From Octopus bimaculoides (Eukaryota): a stretch of DNA of 63,449 bases. The DNA lies in NCBI RefSeq assembly GCF_001194135.2, contig NC_068982.1, positions 182,374,389 to 182,437,837 of the forward strand, in the 5' to 3' direction. The translations under genes and the position numbers were made by a program. Shown piece by piece: positions 25,499 through 36,626 of this stretch (positions within the stretch are counted from its first letter, which is position 1; the number at the start of each line of letters is the position of its first letter). Under the pieces are notes generated by a model. It searched no databases, had not been told where the DNA came from, and worked only from the letters and a program-made list of their open reading frames with translations.

Positions 25499-26030
25499 TC
25501 AAGTCATCCCATAAGTTCTGTTCGATTTTACCTTTTTTAAAAATTGAATGAAATTTAATAGCATTTTAGAATGTCTAATGGAATTAAAAATTATTTTTGT
25601 GCATTTGTGTACATTTAAACTAATTAAATATTATTTTACAGAATAATAGAATTAAACTTTCTTCGATTAAAACTCTTTCTTACATGGAAGTATCCGAAGA
25701 GCATTTAAGGCACATAATGCTTTATGAATACAAAAAAAGAAAAAAAGAAAACTCTGCAGCCGAAGCAACTCGAAACATACACTCAATTTATGGGAAAGAA
25801 TGCTTGAATGAAAGAACTTGCAGAAGATGGTCTGTAAAATTCAGAAGTGGAGATTTCAGCCTTGAAGACGAAGATCAAACAGGACGTCCAGTTGAGTTCG
25901 ATGAAAAGCTCCTTGAGGCATTACTTGAAGAAAATCCTGCATTATCAGTTGAAGAAGTGGCAATAAAGTGTAGTACAAACCATACAACTGTTCATCGTCA
26001 TCTTCAACAACTTCAAAAGGTTCCTGAGGG
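25499..26030 (+). mobile_element. Mariner 5' fragment (TIR and HTH region)
   Basis: TA plus TCAAGTCATCCCATAAGTTCTG TIR. ORF 25684: MEVSEEHLRHIMLYEY...RTCRRWSVKFRSGDFSLEDEDQTGRP...TTVHRHLQQL; truncated before the catalytic domain. Confidence 0.9.
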
Positions 26031-26802
26031 TGATAAATTGAATATTAATTTCAATTTAAAGCCAGTGGTCTAGCATATAAAAGTTTGATAATTCAGAAAA
26101 AATGCATTACATGCGTATAAGAAGGGATGACCACTAATTGGACATCCAATATGCTAGAAAGAGGTCATGAACGACTCAACCACAAAAGAAAAATCATGTT
26201 CTCCAGAAAAATTTCAGCAAAATACCAGAGCTTAGGCGGGCAGGACAAAATGAAAATATATAAAAAATAAACAATTAATTGTGTATCCGTTTCGCCATCA
26301 ACTATTTTACTTACGTAAAATCATCCGTGGTTCTTCAGTACAATCGTTCTAAAATCAATATAATTTGCAGAACCCTACACGAATTGCCTTCATAAAATTT
26401 GACGTGTGTATAGTTCTACCGATTACATTGGGGTCATTTTCAAAATGTCTCAGCTCTCCACACCAGGACCCATCTTTTACTTGTAAGAATATCTATTAAT
26501 GCCTATTAGCCTACTCAATTCTTCATAGTATGTATAAGTTAACCTATACATAGACACATATTTCCACACACATGCACACACACACATACATTTGCGCACA
26601 AACAGATATATGTGTGTGTGCGTGTGTGTGTAGATGTGTTGGGGTATTCGCACTGTTTATAATGTCTGTATTTACTCTGGATTTTCACGGGACCGCGGGA
26701 AGCTGAACACATCGAATTTCTGAGTGCTAGGAATGGAAAACACGAGGCAGCAATGTACCGTTTGATGTACAAGGCTAAAGGTTGGGCTCTGTTATTTATA
26801 TT

Positions 26803-26803
<1 letters not shown>

Positions 26804-26854
<51 letters not shown>

Positions 26855-26985
26855 CATATCTACCTATCTATTCATTTATCTATCTATCTATCTATACACA
26901 CATATCTATACATTCATGTAAATATACATACATACATACAGACATACGTACATACATACATACATACATACATACATACATGCAT
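26804..26985. repeat. (TATC)n/(TACA)n compound microsatellite
   Basis: Direct reading. Confidence 0.95.
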
Positions 26986-27132
26986 GTAAACACACACGCA
27001 CGCACACATAAAGATACAGGTGCTATGTGTGATTAGTTCTATTTATTTATTTATCTATGAATGATGTGAGCTCGCGTCCTTTGTAAACAATTTCTTTAAA
27101 CAATTTGCATCAGCTTGACCATTTACGTAAGG

Positions 27133-27272
27133 CAATAATAACCCCATTTGTGATTCAAAATCGATTTTCTGTGCCCTTTACATGGTTTCAAAGTACTCTC
27201 TAGTCGGTATACAATACTTATGAGCTGATCTCGACTGCGATGGCCTGATAAATTTGTAGTCTTTTATTCTTT
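27133..27272 (-). repeat. About 140-bp dispersed repeat, copy 2 (inverted relative to copy 1)
   Basis: See 23004-23143. Confidence 0.85.
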
Positions 27273-28111
27273 AGTGTTTCTCAGATTAAAGCTGGTTGAT
27301 TTGATAATTGACGTAATCGGCTCTTGGGTTTATATTGATATTATTTTGAAGAATTTTAGTTATGTGGCTGAAGGGTGTCGAACAATTTATAATATTTGTT
27401 TGAATAATTTTTTTTTTTTTTTAAAGGAGTGAAGGAGAGGAATTGTTTCACGATGCAGGCTAAAATGGTTCTGATAAAGGATTGGTAGCATTAAATTGTA
27501 TCCATCCCACTGGAACGTACTTATTAGGAATTAATGGCTAATCGCTGAGATTCACGCGTACGATATAAAGCTATACAGAAGGCATTTAATGTAAGACCAA
27601 AAGGGATAGTGTTAATTAACATTTATTCAGATATAACACATACGATATAGAAGTGATATTAGTATAAATCGGTAACATTTCTGATTGGACCGCTATGAGT
27701 ACAAATTTTGTCTCGTGGGATATAGTGCTTCATACAGACAGTAACCCTGTATAAATTATCTTAAGTTAGTTTCCAAATTATGTAAAGTTTTACTCCGATG
27801 CATATACGGCTGTGCCGTTCATGCATTGGAGTGGAAATTTCACTAACTACTTTTGCAAGTAGTACGGCATCATCCATACTTCCCCTAGGAAATCTTATTA
27901 GATCGAAATATATCCAGATTTGTCTCCTTTATATGTTGAAATAATTAAAATACTTTTAATTATCCTTTTAATATCCATTGTGATAAAACATAACAGCATT
28001 TACTTGGTTAGTACATATCAACTTAATAGTGTTTAACTCTAAGAGTTAAATAATTAAATAACATACCTAACTCTCACAAATACACTAGTGTACACGCAGA
28101 AACACACAGAA

Positions 28112-28143
<32 letters not shown>

Positions 28144-29372
28144 CACACACTCACACACAGAGTCACTCACACGTATATCTTTAACATCGTTATGTATTTT
28201 ACCTTTAGGTAATATAGAAGGTTTGCAGAATAAAGTATCGACCCAATGGGGCACCTAAACCATTAATGTTTGGGATATATTGAAAAGCTTTCAACACCGA
28301 TTATATTCACGTATTCATATAACTAACTTACTACAAAAGCAACATGGTATATGAACGAGCGCAGCACATGGAAGGCAATGGTTTGCTAATGATGTCTTCT
28401 GTTCAGGAGTTTCTGAAAATGTTAAATGACAGTCATTTATTAGTGATGTAAAGTATAGATGCTTTTAGGGTAATTGGTGAAGTTAAACATTTCTTAAGTC
28501 TCCTATATTGTTCTTGTTCCCAAACTGCTTGCTAGTTTGAAGTAGTCATTAGTTAACCATGAATAATTTAACTATGGGAGAATAGTAACAATATAAACAT
28601 GTTTTGGTATTTAATAACTTTGTTCATTTAATATTCAGACCATTGGGTCTGATCGAGTCGATAGCACAGTTAAGAGGTTACTATAATGGAGATGCTATGA
28701 TTAGTGATCGCGCAGCCTGTAGGCTTTAGTATATGTAGCATTAAGGAAAGGATCAAGTAGTCAAACACCAATGGCAGATTATAACTATCATTCAGGGAAG
28801 AGAGTCACTTTCTATCTGATTGCTCCGTTCTGCTGCAATAGACCGTGTAAATCAACGAACTATAAAGCAAAAGTGATTCTGCCTTTCCCAGCAGTGAATT
28901 AGTGATGCATAAAACATAAATCTTCTTAAATCGACAGCTATATCATCTAAGCCAGAATGTTATATCGTAATATCTTTTATGTTTAGAAAGTTGGCTTCAA
29001 TTTATAGTTATGTATAGAAATTATACCCACTGAAATCTGTATATCATAATCCGTATTTATCCGCCCACTTCGCTATTCCATCTAAAAATTCAAACCATTA
29101 TCTTCTCGTATACCAGTATTTCATATCAACTGTTAAAACCCTTATCTTCTCTATATAGCTTTCAAGGTCGGCGAATACATTTTTCAGAACTTGGTAATTA
29201 TTCACATGTTACTCTTATATTTATAAATTACTTCAGAAACTTTATTAAACGCATTGTAGTTTACTAGGAGTTAGTAACCACCTTTATTAACTACACATTG
29301 TATAGGCAACTAGAATTATTGACTAAGGAAGAACTATTTGGAAGTCGCTGAGTTGTTCCAGTTAAATTTCTT

Positions 29373-30140
29373 ATTCGATGGTGAGTTGAAAAGTTCATAG
29401 GTTGACTATGAAGGAGTGGTGCTAGAGCTGTGAAATCGGGCATGCAATAATTTCAGCCTTTGACATCTGACTGTTCACAAAAGACTTCAAAAATAATTAC
29501 AGTGACTTCTCTTCAAAATCGATAAAATTTGTCATAATCGGGTTTTCAAGTACCTACAGAAAAAGGGGTTCATCTCCAAGAACATTCATGCTCACATAGT
29601 TGCTACATCAGATGATGGCCCAGCTTTGTAAACAGAGCAAGAATAGACAGATGAATTTAGGAGGTGAAGGGAGAGTCTTAGAGATGGCCAATGGGTCTGG
29701 TCGTCCTGCAGATGCCACCACCGAGAAAATCATTGATCGTATTCACCTCATGGTGATGGATGAGAGGCGATTTTCTATAAGTCAAATAACTTACGCTATT
29801 AGCATATCCCGTGAGAAAGTTGAAAATATTCAGCACAGTGTACTTGGAATGATGAGCGTCTTTGTCCGCTAGGTTCCATTTCTTCTGGCATATGATAAGA
29901 CGTGCACCAGAATGATCACATCACAGGAAGATCTAACATTGTTTAAGGCAGATCCAGCTGATTTCTTTGAATATTTTCTAATCCGGGATGAGTGTTGGGT
30001 GTCATCACTTTAGTCAGAGACAAAGAAACAATTCATGCAATAGAACCATCTATTGTCACCCGCTCCCAAGAAGAGCGACGTCATTTTTACCTGCAGTGAA
30101 GGTGATGGCTTCAGTTTTGGAGATGCAAAAAGCTTTGTGT
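29373..30140 (+). mobile_element. Mariner remnant, irritans (Himar1/Hsmar2)-like
   Basis: TIR-like TTCGATGGTGAGTTGAAAAGTTC; KYLQKKG, SGRPADATTEKIIDRIHLMVMDERR, ISISREKVENI, KVMASV motifs; many stops and frameshifts. Confidence 0.82.
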
Positions 30141-30335
30141 CTTAAAAATGGTCACACAATCGCTAGCAGTATTTCGTCTGTCTTTACATTCAAATTCCAC
30201 CGAGGTCGACTTTGTCTTTCATCCTTTCGGGGTCGGTAAATTAATTACCAGTTGCGTACTGGGGCCGATCTAATCGATTGGCCCCTACCCCGAAACTTTC
30301 GGGCCGGCCTTGTGCCTGGAGTAGAAACGATAATA
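30141..30335 (+). mobile_element. SINE family A
   Basis: caaattccaccgaggtcgactttgtctttcatcctttcggggtcgg...ccttgtgcctggagtagaa; truncates the mariner. Confidence 0.85.
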
Positions 30336-30622
30336 TACTGAAAGCTAGGATGTAGACAAATCATCCAGCGATAGAGTAGTCACCCTTGATGAGCTTTAAA
30401 TCTAAGCGAAACTAGACTAGTATGTGATCTCACTCGTTGTAGGGCGATCTTCTCCCCTGTCATTCAATAATAGACACGTGCTTCCAGCGGCTATAAGGGA
30501 TTTTAACTCTTGTTTCTAGCAATATATGTGCTACCCTGCAATGTCAGTAACAATTAATGATAATTAAATTTTTCCACTTCGGTTTCTGCGTATGGCCGCC
30601 ATTGTTATCATATACATGTATG

Positions 30623-30654
<32 letters not shown>

Positions 30655-30656
30655 CG

Positions 30657-30689
<33 letters not shown>

Positions 30690-30843
30690 TTCCCCTTGAC
30701 CATATCGGTACCAACAATCAGTTGTTAGAACTCAAATTCTTTATGCTTTATAATATTGTTAAGATCTGGATGTGTGAACGTATGAATTTTAAGGGTGTTC
30801 CGCTTTGGAATCTTATATAATATACCTGATGGTCTATATATGT

Positions 30844-30844
<1 letters not shown>

Positions 30845-30918
<74 letters not shown>

Positions 30919-30924
30919 GGATAG

Positions 30925-31014
<90 letters not shown>
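30845..31014. repeat. (GATA)n microsatellite
   Basis: About 42 units with two interruptions. Confidence 0.98.
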
Positions 31015-32049
31015 TGGCAGGCATGTCAATGAAAGTGAGAAAGATTTCTGTATATATAGATGTATGCCTTTGAGTTTGTGCCAAACTCTTGTTTACCTTA
31101 GACGTATTTCTATTTGAAATAAGATGAAAGAGATCCACTGCATAACATGTGAATAGAAATGTATATCACTTATCTATTGATTTCGTTATATTACTTCTGC
31201 GATATAATTCACGCTAACCCATCTGTTGCAAAGTGATCATTTCACTCTATTGAATAAATGTAAAGAAAATCCCAAAACTATTTGGCAAAATAAGCTGGAA
31301 ATGAATCTTCATTTGTGCTTTTAATCTTTGTGATTTATATGTGTAAATTATATTTGTACTATATTTTCATCGAAATAACAATGCACACACGATATCATAC
31401 ACGGCCATCATCTTAACAAAAGCAACGAGTAAGTTTGTTATAGCTTAATGCTACATATAGATATTATCAATGCAAAATACATTGATATCTATCTAACAAA
31501 AAATTAGCTAGTTAGGATAAACATTTAACTGCAATAACAAAAAAGTGTTATTTCGTGTTAAATCGCTCTGAAAGTGGAGCATATTCAGATAACAACGACA
31601 TAGAATTACACTAAAATCGCAGTAAAACCAGAGTGAACTAGAAAAGCGTGGTATTAAACAAATCACTGGTTTCTGTACTAGTATAAATAGAATGTAATAA
31701 TATCTTCTAGAACACCTGATAGTGATTTAAGTATCAAATATGCGAGAACTTGTCACAGAACTCCATCACTAGATTTGAACAATGATACAAATATCACACG
31801 ACGAAAAATATTTCCTATATAGGCCTGCATAACTACAAAATTAAAATAATTTTTAAACACAATTCCGAAATTTATATTCGTATATTAAGTATACATCTGT
31901 ATTGCTTCTAGTTGCGACTGGTAGTGTTCAGGAAATGTAGGCAATGCCACAAAAACGAAATACTTAGGAATCTGTGGAGTACTTAAATATTGGCTTGAGA
32001 CATATATGCAGTTCTTAAGGATGAAAGGATAAAGTCGACCCCGGTGGGT

Positions 32050-32716
32050 ACCTCTTAAATATTAATTTCACATTTTGGCACATGGCCGGCAATTTCAGAA
32101 AATAGGGGATAAGTGGATTACATCGATCCAATGTTGAACTTGTACTTATTTTATCGACTCCGAGAGAATGAATGGCGAAGTCGATCACGGCAGAATTTGA
32201 ACTCAAAACGTAGAGACGCACGACATACTGCTAAGAATTTTGCCTAGTGCGGTAACCATTCTGCCACGCCCTCCGCCTAAGTCTTAAATTTCGGCGCAAG
32301 GCTAACAACAGGGGGGGGGAGGGGAAAATCGATTACATCGACCCCAGAATTCCACTAGTAATTATTTTGTCGAATCCAAAAGCATGAAAGATAAAGTTGA
32401 TGGAGGCAGAATTTGAACTCACAACATAAAGACGAACGAAATGCTGCTACGCATTTTCCCAACACGCAATCGACTTTGCCAGGTCGCTGCTTTGCAGTTC
32501 TTAAATATTGATTTCAAATTTTGGCACAAGACCAGCAATTTCGGGGAAGGAATAGGTTGATTCCATAGATCTCAATGTTCAACTGGTATTTATTTCATCG
32601 AACCCTTTAATATGAATGTCAACCTCCAGGTAATTTGAACTCAGAACGTAGCGACGTCCGAAATTCTGCTAAGCAGCTTGCCAGGCGTGCTATTCATTCT
32701 GCCAGCACGTCACCTT
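32050..32716 (-). mobile_element. Three head-to-tail SINE family A copies
   Basis: atttgaactca B-box complement recurs near 32197, 32411 and 32634, each with tail, core and head in order. Confidence 0.85.
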
Positions 32717-33361
32717 TCATAAAAGTAGGTATTAGTAGTCAAAGTAAACAAAATTGTAGTTCTTAAATATAAATATCAATGAACTACGGCCCGAACACTT
32801 ACGCAGACATGAAGTATGTATGAATTTGGGAACAGAACATATTCCCAGGAACCTGTTCCTCATCAATCTATTATTATTGTAGAAAATCTAGTAGGATATA
32901 TGTCCGTTCAATTATGAAGAGAAAATATTTTTAAGTACTACACAGCGGTTTCAGAGCAGTTACTAGATACTTCTAGCGAGTATTATTCTTTCATTTTATT
33001 TTATGTATATTTGATAATAAGTTGAAATAACAGAGTGAGATTGTTATAATAACGGTCCCTGGGAACATACGGAATTTATCGTCTTAATGTTCATTGCTTA
33101 CATACTCTGATGTAGTTTCTTGAAATGTAAGATGCAGAAAATGGATGTACACTTCGTTCATTGAAACTTCTAACTTCTCAAGAATAATAAATACAAATAT
33201 GTTTGAACTGATCAAAATCCATTTAGACGCAGGATGATGCTACAACTAAAATATTCTACTTTGCAGAGAAAGAACACGCTAAGTATTTAAACCCTATATC
33301 CTTTGGAAGACAAGCGTTACGCGTTTATTTAGAACATAAAAGAGCGTACATCGCAACGCGA

Positions 33362-33401
33362 ATGTGTGTGTGTGTGCGTGTTTGTGGTGTGTGTGCGTGT
33401 G

Positions 33402-33455
<54 letters not shown>

Positions 33456-33456
33456 G
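33362..33456. repeat. (GT)n microsatellite
   Basis: Direct reading. Confidence 0.95.
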
Positions 33457-33769
33457 TAAAATTCAAAATGCAACATGGAAACGATTAATGGGAAAAGAAC
33501 GAAGGACAAAGAAACACGGAAATATTACACACAGGACAAGAAACTTCAAACTGCAGGCGATATGTCAGCACGTTTGAGTCCGAAGACTTCAACTTCCTTG
33601 GTTCTGCTCGTCTGATTGTGGTAGTGATATAGTGGATACAACTGAGATTATGCACTAAGACACAACGGGAAAGACTACAAAGTACAAGTGGCACGGAAAA
33701 TTATTACTGATAGAAGCAAGAAAGTATATATACAAATATATATATCATCATCATCATTAATATTATTTC

Positions 33770-35110
33770 ACTTACGCATAGCAAAACTAATAACTTGTTA
33801 AAACTCATTATTGTAGAAGTGAAGCCTTAGTGGATTATCTTACCCGCTTGTAGAAAGATGGTTAAAACCATGTTAGATGATGAATCCGAGCAAGACATGA
33901 GCAAGATTCTGCTCTCAAATATACAATCCATAGGAGAATTATGGATTTATCTGTTGATACAGAGGAAAATGTACAAAAATAAACTTAAGAACTCAGAATT
34001 TGCTGTACAGGTTGACGAATCAACTGACATTAGCAACAAAGCACAATTACTTACATTTATTGGCTTTATTGATGGTAATCAAATCTTAAATCAGTTCTTC
34101 TGTTGCGAAGAAATGCTACTCACTACAAGAGGTAAGATATTTTTGGCATTTTATCTGCCAATCTCGAAAAAATAGAATTTATCCGGGAATGTGTTGGAAT
34201 ATGTACCGACGGGGCACCATCCAGAAAGGTTTTGTATCGCTCGTACAACAGCAAAATCCAAATGTATTATGTACTCATTGCTTCCTACATAGGAATGCAC
34301 TATGGAAGTTTCAAAAACAATACTAATTGAGTTAAAACAAGTATTAAACCAAGTTGTTGAAATGGTTAATTATATTAAAGGTAGGCCGTTGAAGTGTCGC
34401 ATATTTAAACAATATGGATTCCGAGCACAAACGCTTACTTTTGCACACAAAAGTCAGATGGCTCTCAAAAGCTAAGGTGCATACATGAACTCCAGAAGGA
34501 ATTGCATGCATTTTTGAAAGAAGAAAAACATGAACGCTTCTTGGATTATCTACAATGTGAATTCTGGTTTCCAAGCTGGAATATTTAACATAATAGTATC
34601 AACACAAGTATACAAGGTAGAGATGAAAACATTCTTACTTCGACAGGTAAGCTAGTTTCATTTAAAACGGAAGTTGTAATTAGGAAAAATAGAGCTGAAT
34701 GTGGTAACTTCGAAATGTTTCCCTTAATACGTAAAAACTGCATAAAAGAAGTGACTCCTATTGTATTTGAACATTTGACAAATCTGGAACAAAACGTAAA
34801 CTTTTATTTTCCGTTATTGAACACAGAAGAGTATGACTGGGTTCGAAATCCCTTCATAAAAATTCCATCTAATATTGGTCTGAAAATGTGTGAAGAAGAG
34901 CAAGTGGCATCTATATCCAGTGATCGCACACTTAGAATCAAGTATCCTTAGTTACTTATTGATATATTTTGGATTGCTATTATAAGAGAATACACCTCAA
35001 TAGCAAAACATGCTTTATCTGCTTTGATGAAGTTATCCACATCGTATTTATGTGAGTTGGGATTTTCAACCCTCAACAACATCAGATCAAAAAACCTCTC
35101 TAAACTTTTC
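33770..35110 (+). mobile_element. hAT transposase remnant, Buster/Charlie (ZBED5/SCAND3-like) group
   Basis: ILPACRKMVKTML, FAVQVDESTDISNKAQLL (DESTD near 34014-34028), CTDGAP 34202-34219, HCFLHR 34276-34293, QVVEMVNYIK, VRWLS, YLCELGFST 35045-35071; multiple frameshifts. Confidence 0.92.
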
Positions 35111-36174
35111 GCTCAAGTCTACTACACACATTCTTTCACCATAGCCAACAGTATGAAGAAAATTGCCTCGCCTTTTCGGTTAAGGGAAGGTGGCGGAGCA
35201 ATTTTCACCTTTGTATTATGTTAGAGCTGTAGACCACAACCGATATCAATCCTGTTTCTTGCATTAAGGTCGCTTTTTAGATTAGTCTAAAATCTTTCAT
35301 AGCATTATTTCCATATATTCTCGCACATGTGAGTGATAAATGCCATCCCTTCTCACACACTCAAGAATTTAATCCGGAGGAAAACTACATTTGATTGCCG
35401 TAATCTTGTAGAGCTGTACCGTGTAGGTTTTCAACAGTTTTTCTTTAAAGAATATAACTTTAGAACATTTACGAAGGCTGATCTCCATTTCAGTATCCCT
35501 ACTAAATTGTTTTAGTAAAGTTAAACGCCGTTTCAGTTGTTGATCGCATTTCAGTTTTGATCTTCAAAACAAAGGAGATTATCAATTGGTTTCTCGTATA
35601 TCCTGTATCCAAACCACTTGTCATTTAACAGCTTACTTATGGGAATAAGAGTCATGCAAACGAGAATTAGTAACAAAGAAGTTGTAGCTTACAGTAGATT
35701 ATACAGTAAGATATATACAGTGAGATATTCTATTTTCCTTAATGATGGATATTATAACTATATTTAACCAACCTACGATTCTACTATATTGATTTGTGTT
35801 GCAAATCTTAGAATAATTGTTGCGACTTCTCAGCCGGTATGTTTAACCATCACCCATTCTAACGGAATTTTTGTTTTGAGATATTCAAATTCTGTGTCTT
35901 TTTCCACGTCTTCATTAATCAATCTCATCTATAGGGACAATTTTATCGAATATCTCGGTTTGGAGATTTCTCCTACCAAATTCTACTTCCACATTGGAGG
36001 GGAGTTTTGCATCATAATTTGCATTCCTATTCGAAGGAGATTTTAGCAGAACGTATATTTGCATCTGATGCCTATCCATGCCAACCAGATGCTTATTATT
36101 AATCATGTTTCTGCGAACATTAGATAATATATAGTACTCTATATCAGGTCTGTTACTAGGAGGATTTTTCTTCC

Positions 36175-36510
36175 TCAATTTTCACCGAGGTTGACTTTAC
36201 TTTTCAACATTTCGCGATCGATAAAATAAGTCCCAGTTAAGGACGACGCTCGATATACTCCACTAAACCTCTCCGCCCAAAATTTCAGTCCTTGTACCTA
36301 TATTGGTAAGAATTATTAAGGCAGAGTTGGCAGGATTTATAGTGCTTCGGACAAAATGCATTGTGGCATTTTTCCCGTCATAGACATTCGGCGTTCAAAT
36401 TACGCCGAGAATAATGTTACCCTTCAATAAAATAAAGTACCTGTTAAATACTACGGTCGATGTAATGTAATTAAGTCCTCCCTTAAAAACTGCTGTCCTT
36501 GTGACAAAAT
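36175..36510 (+). mobile_element. Two tandem degenerate SINE family A copies
   Basis: caccgaggttgacttt...gataaaataagtcccagtt, then aaggcagagttggcagga...gcgttcaaattacgccgag...ccttgtgacaaaatt plus (ATT)n. Confidence 0.7.
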
Positions 36511-36564
36511 TATTATTATTATTATTATTATTAATATTAATATTATTATTATTATTACTACTAT

Positions 36565-36625
<61 letters not shown>
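36509..36625. repeat. (ATT)n(ACT)n(ACC)n compound microsatellite
   Basis: Direct reading; continues the SINE tail. Confidence 0.95.

Positions 36626-36626
<1 letters not shown>

Noticed and set aside
32050-32716. Regularly spaced repeats as a CRISPR-like array
   Set aside because: The units are whole diverged SINEs of about 220 bp, with no short constant repeats, unique spacers or cas genes; the DNA is eukaryotic.
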